From positions 372,001 through 436,000 of the forward strand of contig NIVC01000620.1 in the NCBI GenBank assembly GCA_002269645.1: 64,000 bases of DNA, in the 5' to 3' direction. Every line of letters starts with the position of its first letter. Positions within the stretch are counted from its first letter, which is position 1. Under the pieces are notes generated by a model, which worked only from the letters and a program-made list of their open reading frames with translations, was not told the DNA's origin and did not search any database. This DNA comes from Macrostomum lignano (lineage: Eukaryota). The position numbers and the translations under genes are program-made. Positions 47,301 to 59,992 of this stretch are shown in pieces.

Positions 47301-48580
47301 AGGAAAACAGAAACCTCAAACTTTAAAGTACGGAAGCTCTAACAAAAAAGTTTGAACAAAGTGCATATTTCAAACATTAATAATGCTTCAGGGCTATCGT
47401 CAATATTATGAACGCAAATTTTTTTTGAACAAAATTTTCTCCGATACAAAGTCAAGAAGTGATTTAAAAGATCCATTGTGAGTGAGTGGTGAGCATGCAA
47501 ATGTGAATAAAAAATATGGTTGATTTTCTACAGATTTAACACAAAAAACGCAAATTATACTACTGATATTATACTTCTAAAATAACATGCATGTCAAAGA
47601 AATTATGTAATGGTAATAATATAAAATACGCTATCTTACGAGAGCGAAATTTAATCTACAATCTCTGTGTGTGAAGTATATCTACTTCTCTATCTATATT
47701 TTTTAAATATCATCCACTTCTGCCCATCTTACTTCCGGGAGTTCTGATATGCAGAGTCGATGTACATGATGCATGCACACATGCAAAATTTATTGCAAAT
47801 TATATTGAACACCGCGAACCTGAGCCAAAGGAAATTTGGGGTTGTTGGATCACTTGGATTGGCACAACACCATATATTGCATTTATCAATATACACAGCC
47901 AAATGCAGTATTACTGGAAGTAGTGCACGCAGTCTGCCTAAACCACTATTTAAATGCTGCCATGCAAATTTTACTTCTCCACTATGACCTCTCCTTTCAT
48001 CAGTAATTTCCCATAGTATTCCCATGGTAACAGCTCTATCTCACCCAGTCTAGCGCGTATCTCAACCAGTCTGGCACATCTCATAGTCTGAAAAACACTG
48101 AGACTTATGCTGGGTGGCCAATAGTTACTTTAATTTAAATACATGTATCAAACTGCATTTATATTGGAAGCTTTATTGCTATTTTTTCACAGAGTTTACA
48201 CGATTCTAGCTAAGATTTTATCCCTAATTCTTAAATTATGAAAAATGTCCTTTATGACTCAATCCTATTATGCAGATCAGGGGTCAGACAGTCTCTTTTA
48301 CTTCAAGAGCCTCGTTTTGATGATGATGAGTTCAGCTCATGACTGCGGCACGGATAAGAGTGGAAAGGCGAGAGATAGGATGAGACTGGTCGGAGAATAG
48401 ACAAAACAGCAGATAAGAGAAGATAAAAGAGAAGAAGAAAGGAGAAAGAAAGGTGAGAAGTGAGAAGTGAGAAGTGAGAAGAAAGGAGAACTGGAGAGAT
48501 CCAAAGGGTAGAGAGTGTATACTCGTAGAGAAGAGTGGGGAGGAAGGAGAGGGGAGAGAAGAGAAGAGAGCAGAGAAGAG

Positions 48581-49076
48581 TAGGGATTGCAATCCCGGGA
48601 TCCCGGTATCCCCAAATCCTGGGACTAATTTTTGTTAATTTTTACAAAAAGTGCTGTAATCTAAACATAATTAGGCCCACAAGTAGTTTATTATATACTG
48701 CACTAATTTCCGTTAATTGCCTCACGTCACGTGGCACCTTTTTAAACCCCGCATCACAGATTTAAATGTGAAATTGATTCCAATTTAAATTTTGATATGA
48801 TTTGCTTCTTTACTACTAATTAGTACATTTATACTACTTACTTCAATAGGTCACAAGATAATGCTGTTTTTCATCTACAAATAGATCATTATCTCTATAA
48901 CAATAAAAAATTAAGCAAAAAAGCGTTTAGCGCATATTTTGCCTTAAAATTTTAACCTAGAAGCATAAAAATCTGTATTATTCTGATCCCGGGATTCAAT
49001 CCCGGGATTGGCCAAATTCCGGGATTAAATCCCGGGATGCCGGGATCACAAAAATCCGGGATTTTGCAATCCCTAG
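48581..49076. mobile_element. hAT-type MITE, 496 bp; duplicate at 51535-52017 has a damaged left TIR
   Basis: TIR TAGGGATTGCAA, 8-bp TSD GAGAAGAG, subterminal CCCGGGAT repeats. Confidence 0.9.
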
Positions 49077-49314
49077 AGAAGAGACACAAACCCTAAGCAC
49101 GAACGATCAGCGCATTATAAATGCGATTTATAATTAGATTCGAGGTGGAGAGAATATCAGTGCGAGAAAGAGACCAATGGACGACAGATAATGCCTTTTA
49201 CAATAAATAAATAAATATATATATATATGTGCATGTGCTTTTCGATGCCTGTGCTTTTCACAGCACCCCCCTCGGTCACCACCCCCCAGGTAAGTCTGTG
49301 GGAGCTTTCCAATT

Positions 49315-49810
49315 TCAGGGGGCGTCGCCATGGATTTATGGTGGTGGGGGACAAAGCCAAGATTAAGAATTCAATTAAAGTTCCCATATTGTTTAGGGAA
49401 TCAGTGTGTTTTTAGCATTCATTTTGGCGCCGCAGGCACTCATTTATTGGCATTGACACCATAGGCAGGCACTCATTTAGACTCCACAGGCACTCATTTT
49501 GGCGCCGCACGGCCGCAGGCACTCATTTTGATGCCGCAGGCACTCATTTTAGCGCCGAAGGCAGGCACTCATTTTGGCGCCGCAGGTACTCATTTTGGCG
49601 CCGCAGGCACTCATTTTGGCGCCGAAGGCAGGCACTCATTTTGGCGCCGAAGACAGGCACTCATTTTGGCGCCGAAGGCAAACACTCATTTTGGCGCCGA
49701 AGGCAGGCACTCATTTTGGCGCCGAAGGCAGGCACTCATTTTGGCGCCGAAGGCAGCTGCACTCATTTTGGCGCCGAAGGCAGGCACTCATTTTGGCGCC
49801 GAAGGCAGGC
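49315..49810 (+). mobile_element. 21-24-bp-repeat MITE family copy with about 12 TTTTGGCGCC motifs; duplicate at 52257-52750
   Basis: Head CAGGGGGCGTCGCCATGGATTT; array of GGCAGGCACTCATTTTGGCGCCGAA. Confidence 0.8.
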
Positions 49811-50208
49811 AGGCCAGGTAAATTGAAAATACATGTAACCTTAACATAGCCAGTTAACAACTTTGCCTTAACACTCTGCAGTGACAAAGGTGACACAGTC
49901 TATAAATAACTAAAGACACTGGCTTTATTTAACTCAGGATCAAGCTTCATATATATGCAGTTTTTCTTACAAATCAATCAATATTTCGGCTTTCAATTTT
50001 TGATCAATTTTTGAAACTTTAGGAGAGCTGGCGGCCCCGCCCCCAAGCCTTACGCCCACGCTAAGCTAACAAAATCAGGTGCACTCAAAGAAGGTTGAAT
50101 TTTAAGAAAAATTTTAAGAATTTTAAGAATCATCAATTCGATTTACAATTCTTTTCCAAAATAATCGAACAGCTTAAAAAGAAAGATTTAAAGAAAATGA
50201 ACTTTTGT

Positions 50209-50877
50209 GACCCTGAAAAGGGCCGTTTTAAAGATAAATTTTTTAATTTGCTGCCGGAACAGGAGCAACAAAGGCACATAAAACGCAGGCACAACTAAGT
50301 GCTAGCGCCCCCTGCGACGGAGTCCTCAGTGATGGCGCCCGTTTGTGGCTGGCGCCTTTTAATGCGCGCATTTTGAAAAAATTAATTTGGCAACGAATTC
50401 TAAATAAAAAGGTTTTAAACAGCAGTAGTAGTGAATGCAAAATTAAATAAAGAGTTTTGGTGTGTTCAAATAAATAATTGAATGAATTAAAATTAACTTC
50501 CAAGGTCCCCAAAAAATGTGTGGTAGCCCTGAAAAGGACCGTTTTATACATATACTATTTTCTTTGCTCTGTCAGAACGGAACAAGGCAGGCACAAAGAA
50601 CACACGCTAAAATAATGTTTGCTGCGCACATTAGTGCTAGCGCCCCTAGCGATGGCGCTCGATTGTTGGTGGCTGGCGCCCTCTAGTGCGCGCGTTAATT
50701 TTAGCAAATAGTTTATTTAGTAGCAAATCCTAAACAGCAAGGTTCTAACTAAACATTAGTAGTAGAGCAAATGCAAAATTTAAAGTTTAAAAATAGTTCA
50801 ACGCGTTGGTTGAAAAATAAATTAAAAAGAATTCCCCTGGTCGCCATGCAAGTAGTGTGCTGGACCTGAAAAGGGCC
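50209..50877 (-). promoter_or_regulatory. Orphan histone-type stem-loop cluster B (50209-50224, 50525-50540, 50862-50877)
   Basis: AAAAC-GGCCCT-TTTC-AGGGTC-ACAA, AAAAC-GGTCCT-TTTC-AGGGCT-ACCAC and AAAAC-GGCCCT-TTTC-AGGTCC-AGCA. Confidence 0.75.
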
Positions 50878-53150
50878 GTTTTAAGTATTTACTTCTTACT
50901 TTGCTTGGCCAGAACAGGGTAATGCAGGCACATTAAAAAATACACACGAAAAGAGTTTTGAAGTGCTCGAATTAAATGACGTAACAGCTCTATCTCACCC
51001 AGTCTAGCGCGTATCTCAACCAGTCTGGCACATCTCATAGTCTGAAAAACACTGAGACTTATGCTGGGTGGCCAATAGTTACTTTAATTTAAATACATGT
51101 ATCAAACTGCATTTATATTGGAAGCTTTATTGCTATTTTTTCACAGAGTTTACACGATTCTAGCTAAGATTTTATCCCTAATTCTTAAATTATGAAAAAT
51201 GTCCTTTATGACTCAATCCTATTATGCAGATCAGGGGTCAGACAGTCTCTTTTACTTCAAGAGCCTCGTTTTGATGATGATGAGTTCAGCTCATGACTGC
51301 GGCACGGATAAGAGTGGAAAGGCGAGAGATAGGATGAGACTGGTCGGAGAATAGACAAAACAGCAGATAAGAGAAGATAAAAGAGAAGAAGAAAGGAGAA
51401 AGAAAGGTGAGAAGTGAGAAGTGAGAAGTGAGAAGAAAGGAGAACTGGAGAGATCCAAAGGGTAGAGAGTGTATACTCGTAGAGAAGAGTGGGGAGGAAG
51501 GAGAGGGGAGAGAAGAGAAGAGAGCAGAGAAGAGTAGGGATTCCCATCCCGGTATCCCCAAATCCCCTAATTTTTGTTAATTTTTACAAAAAGTGCTGTA
51601 ATCTAAACATAATTAGGCCCACAAGTAGTTTATTATATACTGCACTAATTTCCGTTAATTGCCTCACGTCACGTGGCACCTTTTTAAACCCCGCATCACA
51701 GATTTAAATGTGAAATTGATTCCAATTTAAATTTTGATATGATTTGCTTCTTTACTACTAATTAGTACATTTATACTACTTACTTCAATAGGTCACAAGA
51801 TAATGCTGTTTTTCATCTACAAATAGATCATTATCTCTATAACAATAAAAAATTAAGCAAAAAAGCGTTTAGCGCATATTTTGCCTTAAAATTTTAACCT
51901 AGAAGCATAAAAATCTGTATTATTCTGATCCCGGGATTCAATCCCGGGATTGGCCAAATTCCGGGATTAAATCCCGGGATGCCGGGATCACAAAAATCCG
52001 GGATTTTGCAATCCCTAGAGAAGAGACACAAACCCTAAGCACGAACGATCAGCGCATTATAAATGCGATTTATAATTAGATTCGAGGTGGAGAGAATATC
52101 AGTGCGAGAAAGAGACCAATGGACGACAGATAATGCCTTTTACAATAAATAAATAAATATATATATATATGTGCATGTGCTTTTCGATGCCTGTGCTTTT
52201 CACAGCACCCCCTCGGTCACCACCCCCCAGGTAAGTCTGTGGGAGCTTTCCAATTTCAGGGGGCGTCGCCATGGATTTATGGTGGTGGGGGGACAAAGCC
52301 AAGATTAAGAATTCAATTAAAGTTCCCATATTGTTTAGGGAATCAGTGTGTTTTTAGCATTCATTTTGGCGCCGCAGGCACTCATTTATTGGCATTGACA
52401 CCATAGGCAGGCACTCATTTAGACTCCACAGGCACTCATTTTGGCGCCGCACGGCCGCAGGCACTCATTTTGATGCCGCAGGCACTCATTTTAGCGCCGA
52501 AGGCAGGCACTCATTTTGGCGCCGCAGGTACTCATTTTGGCGCCGCAGGCACTCATTTTGGCGCCGAAGGCAGGCACTCATTTTGGCGCCGAAGACAGGC
52601 ACTCATTTTGGCGCCGAAGGCAAACACTCATTTTGGCGCCGAAGGCAGGCACTCATTTTGGCGCCGAAGGCAGGCACTCATTTTGGCGCCGAAGGCAGCT
52701 GCACTCATTTTGGCGCCGAAGGCAGGCACTCATTTTGGCGCCGAAGGCAGGCAGGCCAGGTAAATTGAAAATACATGTAACCTTAACATAGCCAGTTAAC
52801 AACTTTGCCTTAACACTCTGCAGTGACAAAGGTGACACAGTCTATAAATAACTAAAGACACTGGCTTTATTTAACTCAGGATCAAGCTTCATATATATGC
52901 AGTTTTTCTTACAAATCAATCAATATTTCGGCTTTCAATTTTTGATCAATTTTTGAAACTTTAGGAGAGCTGGCGGCCCCGCCCCCAAGCCTTACGCCCA
53001 CGCTAAGCTAACAAAATCAGGTGCACTCAAAGAAGGTTGAATTTTAAGAAAAATTTTAAGAATTTTAAGAATCATCAATTCGATTTACAATTCTTTTCCA
53101 AAATAATCGAACAGCTTAAAAAGAAAGATTTAAAGAAAATGAACTTTTGT

Positions 53151-53982
53151 GACCCTGAAAAGGGCCGTTTTAAAGATAAATTTTTTAATTTGCTGCCGGA
53201 ACAGGAGCAACAAAGGCACATAAAACGCAGGCACAACTAAGTGCTAGCGCCCCCTGCGACGGAGTCCTCAGTGATGGCGCCCGTTTGTGGCTGGCGCCTT
53301 TTAATGCGCGCATTTTGAAAAAATTAATTTGGCAACGAATTCTAAATAAAAAGGTTTTAAACAGCAGTAGTAGTGAATGCAAAATTAAATAAAGAGTTTT
53401 GGTGTGTTCAAATAAATAATTGAATGAATTAAAATTAACTTCCAAGGTCCCCAAAAAATGTGTGGTAGCCCTGAAAAGGACCGTTTTATACATATACTAT
53501 TTTCTTTGCTCTGTCAGAACGGAACAAGGCAGGCACAAAGAACACACGCTAAAATAATGTTTGCTGCGCACATTAGTGCTAGCGCCCCTAGCGATGGCGC
53601 TCGATTGTTGGTGGCTGGCGCCCTCTAGTGCGCGCGTTAATTTTAGCAAATAGTTTATTTAGTAGCAAATCCTAAACAGCAAGGTTCTAACTAAACATTA
53701 GTAGTAGAGCAAATGCAAAATTTAAAGTTTAAAAATAGTTCAACGCGTTGGTTGAAAAATAAATTAAAAAGAATTCCCCTGGTCGCCATGCAAGTAGTGT
53801 GCTGGACCTGAAAAGGGCCGTTTTAAGTATTTACTTCTTACTTTGCTTGGCCAGAACAGGGTAATGCAGGCACATTAAAAAATACACACGAAAAGAGTTT
53901 TGAAGTGCTCGAATTAAATGACGTAAAATTAATTCTCAAAGTCCCCCCTAAAGTAAGCTTTGTGCTGGCCCTGAAAAATGCC
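53151..53982 (-). promoter_or_regulatory. Orphan histone-type stem-loop cluster C (53151, 53467 and 53804 are duplicates of B; 53967-53982 is unique)
   Basis: Same motifs plus AAAAC-GGCATT-TTTC-AGGGCC-AGCA. Confidence 0.75.
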
Positions 53983-54159
53983 GTTTTGAAGATTTACTAT
54001 TTGAAGATTCAGATCGAAATCATTAACGATAGACCATAGACAGAATAGACACTATTCTCCTTTTCCTCGACCCCCTTACCCATCAGTTTACCCTCTCCAC
54101 CCTTCAGTCTACCCCCTCTCCCTTCACTTTACCCCCTCCTCCCTCCACTCTATCCACCC

Positions 54160-54572
54160 TCTCTCCATTCACTCTACCCCTTTCCCTTCACTCTACCCCT
54201 CTCCCTTCACTCTACCCCTTCTCCCTTCACTCTACCCCTCTCCCTTCACTCTACCCCTTCTCCCTTCACTCTACCCCTTCTCCCTTCACTCTACCCCTTC
54301 TCCCTTCACTCTACCCCTCTCCCTTCACTCTACCCCTTCTCCCTTCACTCTACCCCTTCTCCCTTCACTCTACCCCTCTCCCTTCACTCTACCCCTCTCC
54401 CTTCACTCTACCCCTCTCCCTTCACTCTACCCCTCTCCCTTCACTTTACCCCCTTCTCCCTTCACTCTACCCCTCTCCCTTCTCACATAACCCCCTTCTC
54501 CCTTCACTTTACCCCCTTCTCCCTTCACTTTACCCCCTTCTCCCTTCACTCTACCCCCTCTTCCTTCACTCT
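54160..54572. repeat. 19-21-bp minisatellite
   Basis: CCCTTCACTCTACCCC(T)TCT units. Confidence 0.95.
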
Positions 54573-55319
54573 ACTGGAGTGGCGGATCTACATGTAGAAT
54601 TTCATTTTGGGGCGGGGGGCGGTCCAAGTGAGTATGAGGTGCTCCAATTTTTAAGCTAGGGGCGCAAATAAGCGTGTAGCTAGGGGAGGGGGCAAAAAAT
54701 CACGATTAGGGGCGCAAGCTTAGGTTTTTGGGAGCTCAATATGTTCTATCAAAGTATTTCCATGGGCGAAGAGAATGTTAGAGGGGGGATGGGAGAGGCA
54801 CTGCAAGCAGCTGCACTCATGGTGGAGACGACGAAGATGGAGCGCAGATTCTGAAGATCTTGTCGATCTGCAAAGCCAACCAGAGCTTTTGTGAACGCTG
54901 TCTCGGAGGACCGACATGACGCAGTGTCGATCGAGTCGCTCTGATCTAGTGGGTCGCCACTAACTGGAGGAATTGGTGGCGGGCGTTGGCGCTCTCAGGA
55001 GTCTCCACACGGAGCCGGAGGTGCATGTAGATGAAGATCGGGCGTCAGCGAGGCGTACCTTGAAGCATTTTTATTGCTGGTATTTTATAGATTGGACTAG
55101 CAATCTAGTTGCCCCCTCTTTTGGGGGCGCCCAATGAGGAAGGACCAAATTAAAAAAATCCATTAAAAAAGCACATTTTCTTCGGAACCTTATTCGTGTA
55201 AAATTGTCACGGACAAAAATGTTCTCTATGAATCTCTTTTTTTCTAAAATTAACAAAAGTACACAACAAAATAAAGACTTCGCAAAGATAACAGGCATTC
55301 CCACTGAATAAAAAGTATC

Positions 55320-55617
55320 CCCAAAACAGCAAGCATCCCCCAGAAAGCAAGCATCCCCCAGAAAGTAAGCATCCCCCAGAAAGCAAGCATCCCCCAGAAA
55401 GCAAGCATCCCGCAGATAACAAGCATCCTCCAGATAGAGGCCAAGGCTAAGGCCAAGGCTAAGGCCAAGGCTAAGGCCAAGGCTAAGGCCAAGGCTAAGG
55501 CCAAGGCTAAGGCCAAGGCTAAGGCCAAGGCTAAGGCCAAGGCTAAGGCCAAGGCTAAGGCCAAGGCTAAGGCCAAGGCTAAGGCCAAGGCTAAGGCCAA
55601 GGCTAAGGCCAAGGCTG
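55320..55617. repeat. 18-bp repeat (about 6 copies) followed by a perfect 12-bp (AAGGCCAAGGCT)n tract
   Basis: AAGCATCCCCCAGAAAGC units to about 55430, then strictly alternating hexamers 55437-55617. Confidence 0.95.
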
Positions 55618-55710
55618 AGAACGCTTAATTCACTGTAAGTCAAGCGCTACTTTAACAAATAGACTTACCAAGAAACTGTAATTAAAACTTTAAGTGTCCT
55701 ACTAAGGTGT

Positions 55711-55957
55711 CTAAACCGAGCCATTGGTGTCATATTTGATCCTCAGCCATCGAATACCGAATGTACCCGAGCATGTGGCCGTCGCAAACAGTGGTGCAAC
55801 GATAAGAAAGGCAAAGCTTCTGATGGCAGCAAACAGACAGCAGTTAACTATGATAGCCACCAAGCTGATCCAGAGGCAAAGGTGAAAAATCAAATATAAT
55901 CTCTTGTCTCGGAGCGACATTGTCTCCACAATGCTTGATTTAATACATGGGTTTGCT
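55711..55957 (-). CDS. Possible terminal exon or small ORF of a membrane protein with two hydrophobic segments
   Basis: Acceptor tttcattttccacag, then ...MSLRDKRLYLIFHLCLWISLVAIIVNCCLFAAIRSFAFLIVAPLFATATCSG... to a stop. No family recognised. Confidence 0.3.
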
Positions 55958-56165
55958 GTGGAAAATGAAAGTAGGTGAACCATTCTAACAGACAGTTTTA
56001 ATGTCTTCTTGTCTAGTTTTTTTAGTTTCTTTGACAGCTCCATTGCATAAAACAAAACTCCATTGCATGCATGTAGTTAATTTTTTTGATAAATCGCAAT
56101 TGCGCGCTTCAAACACAGCTCGAAAAAAGCATTTGTCGATCGAGACCTACATGTACGAATTCATG

Positions 56166-56735
56166 CAGTGGCGTCGCCATATGGGTTTGGCGGGGGTGAC
56201 AACGCCAAGAATTCTATATGTACCTACAACTAAATTCCCATGTACATTATTTTAAGAAACTGCTCATTTTAGCGTCGCAGGCCCTAGCACCGCAGGCACT
56301 CATTTTAGCGCCGCAGGCACTCATTTTAGCGCCGCAGGCACTCATTTTAGCGCCGCAGGCACTCATTTTAGCGCCGCAGGCACTCATTTTGGCACCGCAG
56401 GCACTCATTTTAGCGCCGCAGGCACTCATTTTGGCACCGCAGGCCCTCATTTTGGCACCGCAGGCACTCATTTTAGCGTCGCAGGCACTCATTTTAGCGT
56501 CGCAGGCACTCATTTTAGCGCCGCAGGCACTCATTTTAGCGCCGCAGGCACTCATTTTGGCACCGCAGGCCCTCATTTTGGCACCGCAGGCACTCATTTT
56601 AGCGCCGCAGGCACTCATTTTAGCGCCGCAGGCACTTATTTTAGCGCCACAGGCACTCATTTTTGCGCCGCAGGCACTCATTTTAGCGCCGCAGGCACTC
56701 ATATTTTAGCGCCGCAGGCACTCATTTTGGTGCCA
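56166..56735 (+). mobile_element. 21-bp-repeat MITE family copy with about 21 units
   Basis: Head CAGTGGCGTCGCCAT...GCCAAGAATTC; array of GCAGGCACTCATTTTAGCGCC. Confidence 0.85.
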
Positions 56736-59344
56736 CAAGCGTTATATTTTGTCGCTCTGAAGCAAAATTATTGATTTTCATAACGGGTCGCAAGCTATAA
56801 GGTGCAGGGGTGGGGGGGCAAAGCATTAGCATATGTCTCCCCCATAGCTTGTTACTGGGCGGACATGTCCCCTGTCCTCAGCCCGCGGTGATCATACGCT
56901 ATATAGCAACTCAGATTGAGCTTTATTAATGAAACCAATTTAATTAAGCCTAAGGTGCAAACGAAAGTTACTTGCCAAAATTCCAACAATTCACCTCATC
57001 TGAAAACAGGCAGTAAGGTTCATTATTGGTCGCGACAATGGACAATAAAGTAAGTCAGTTTGAGCTTATATAGGAAGAGCAGTTGACCTTGCGATCGTCT
57101 TAATTGGGCCGTTTCATAACTCCAGTCGTTATCAATTCGTTTTCCTAGCTCATATTGTTGCTGATTTGTAGGTTGACAGAGCGATTGTAAGCCTAATTTT
57201 AGCAGAAATGAACAGACTAAGTTATGAGAGGAAGATGCCGTTATGAATAAAGAGAGCTCGTAGCCCTCTCTGACTTACAAAATCTCAACTCTGATGAATA
57301 AATGGAGCTGTGACTTCTAAGCAACAACCCTCTGGAGAATTTCTTATTCCCAAAGAAAGACAAGTTTATTGAGGCAATTCCATCTTAATTCATGTGTGTT
57401 CTTCAGGCTGTAGTCTTTGTCTTCAGTTTAGTATAGGACTGATCGCTAGTTCTGAGTCTCTGTGCATGTACATTAGAACCTGGCTTTGAGTCCTATAAGG
57501 CTAATTTTATATTTATACTGTGTGACAGTGTGATTCGTAGTGTATCGTATTTCTTTATTTTCATATGCATACCGTATTCTTTCATTTATTTTAACAATAT
57601 TCGTACGTATTATTATCGCGCTATTTTTACTGTTAATTGCTTTGTTTTTGTAGCCTCGTATGTATTTATTCTATTATTTGTATTTCATTCATATCGTTAT
57701 TATTTCTCGTAAAGTAAGTTCTACTTATGTACATGTACTGACGTATGTTATTCTTGCATGATATATTTATCGATTAATTTGTATATGTACATTGCGCGCC
57801 GCGTGGGGGGGTTGTTTGTCTGGGTTTTGGATTAAGGGTGTTGTTGTTATCTGTTTACCTTTAAATATATGCTTACACTACAGTCAGCAGCCGCTCTCGC
57901 CCTTCCCCTTGCTTCGCTCTTCTAGACCTAGGCTCGCTAACCCTTAGCTGTGACGACGCTGTCTGGCCTCCTTACACCAACTCTTCCGCCGTTTACCTTG
58001 GCCCACCAATTAGTTAATTAACTGATCCAGCAATTTTAAGTAGCACTAGCAAAAGTCTAAGGGTTGAAGCGGCTTGCCGATCTGCTAACTAATCGTGAAC
58101 TATCTAAATTAACCGCTACACAAATCCGTCTTATTCGCCTTATTCGTCACAACTGACTTTGAGCTGCTGTTCAAATTCAGAGAAAATTTAATTCTCAGAC
58201 TTGAGCAACTTCAACTTGCGCCAGCACTATCTCAGAGTTTGATGCGGAATTGCATGTACTCGCCATCCCTCACTAATGACTGTGTAGGTCGCGCGTTAAA
58301 GTCCGCCACGGGCTGCGCGCGACAGCTTTGCATGGCACGTGCGATCGAACCGCGCCCCTGCCACCCTTGCAGCCCGTGGCGTGAGGACAGTAAAATGATG
58401 GAGGAGATAGCTAAAAACTTTCTCTCCCCGTAAAGTTAAATAAACATGCACATCGGCCAGAAACTCCACCGATCTTTACGCTACGGACCTGAGCTCGACC
58501 GTAGGCTCGTGCATGGCTACGGAAAAATGTAGCCCGCGAGCATTGAAATTGGTTTTTGTGTTCCATTGCTGTCGTAGAGAGAAGGTAGTGGATAGCCAAC
58601 AACAAAAATAACCGCTAAACTTTTCCACACGGTCTATTAACGCCCCAAAGGTTTACGTTTAAGGACCACTGTATAGAGCAGTAGTCAGTACGAGTTTTTT
58701 TCGCTCGTAGAGCATAGCTGCTGCTACATAAAGCATACATACAGCTTGGTCAATAGTTCAACTTAGATGCCTGCAAAAAAGCTATATAAAACGTTTCTGG
58801 ATATCCCCGTGTAATTTTATTTTGTGATTTTTCTTTCTAGTTGCTAAAATTTTTTTAGTTGTTGCTTTCAGTTGTTAAAACTAAAAGTAAAAAGACAGAA
58901 AAGTAACAGAAAAAATTATCGCACATAAAGAAGTCAGAAAGAAGCTGAGAAGCTAAAAGGAACATGTGATTTAAGTTACTTGACGATGAGGCCTCAGTCC
59001 ACATAAACACAAACATTTATTTCTCAGAGTTGAGGACCCTGACCAGTCACAGCTTATATAGTTAAAAAAGACTTTGTTTTAAATGAAAAAAATGCAGGCG
59101 CAAATCCAAAAATCACGAAGTGCCGAGTTATTTCTTTTTTGAGCAAATTTCAAGAGCTTAACTAATTATTTTAGACAAATTCAAAAAGCGGCAGATAAAA
59201 TGACAACTAAGAAAATATAAAAATATAATCATTTTAGTTGCATAACTTTTAATATTTTCGTCACTTACAAGTTACAAGCTATAATAGGTTTATAATTAAA
59301 AATAATTACCAAATTAGGCCTCTTTTTATTTGGCTTGCAATCAG

Positions 59345-59545
59345 AATGAGGCTTTCACCTTTGCAATGAGCAGCGTTGTTGCTGTAAATCCTAACGAGGA
59401 TGTACCAGATGGCCAAAGTAAGCTTTGTTTTATTTTTAATTCATGCCTAGGCATACTTACCATGTTTAGCTGTTTTTTTATTTAATAGACCTAATTGACT
59501 CTGATTCTGAAGGAAGTTCCAAACTTGTCTTAGTTTAGAAGTCCC
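59345..59545 (+). other. Two small putative coding exons (59345-59417 and from 59489) joined by a 71-nt GT-AG intron
   Basis: Spliced frame NEAFTFAMSSVVAVNPNEDVPDGQ-NLIDSDSEGSSKL; canonical splice signals. Confidence 0.3.
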
Positions 59546-59992
59546 TGGGTTAAAACAGGACAATCATACTAATGGAAACAGAAACAGGGATAATAGCACT
59601 TGAAGTTTTAGGAAAGAGTAATTACTAAATATGAGTAAATATTTTATCTATTTAAACTCCATTATCCCCTTTTTTACATATTGATAGATAAGAAGAAAGG
59701 CAGGCAAAAGTTGAGGTGGCTGTCTCACTGACAAAAAACAGCCTAACTTTAAAATTGCACATTGCTGTTCAGGATTAACTTTAAGACTCAAAATTTTACA
59801 CAATATGTCAAAATAGTTGAAGATTGATTGTGTCAAATTTGAAGATCAGTAGAAGTGGGTGGCATTATAAGGGATTTAGTGAAAAAAATGCATATTTTAA
59901 GCTGTTTTTGTACTTTTAGATAGGAAGACTCAAATTTTGTAAATTTAAAGGTAGCCTAGGGCCTAAGACATTTTCCATAGCAAGTTTAGAGT

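Larger units (their letters stand above)
48027..53926. repeat. Near-identical tandem duplication of about 2.95 kb (48027-50980 and 50981-53922)
   Basis: ORF-track entries repeat with a 2942-bp offset. GTAA microhomology at the junction. Confidence 0.97.

Noticed and set aside
47729-48025. 98-aa minus-strand ORF, and coding-like patches at 35300-35480, 41250-41460, 54760-55070 and 58240-58600
   Set aside because: No family motif recognised and frames are interrupted; not supportable as genes from sequence alone.
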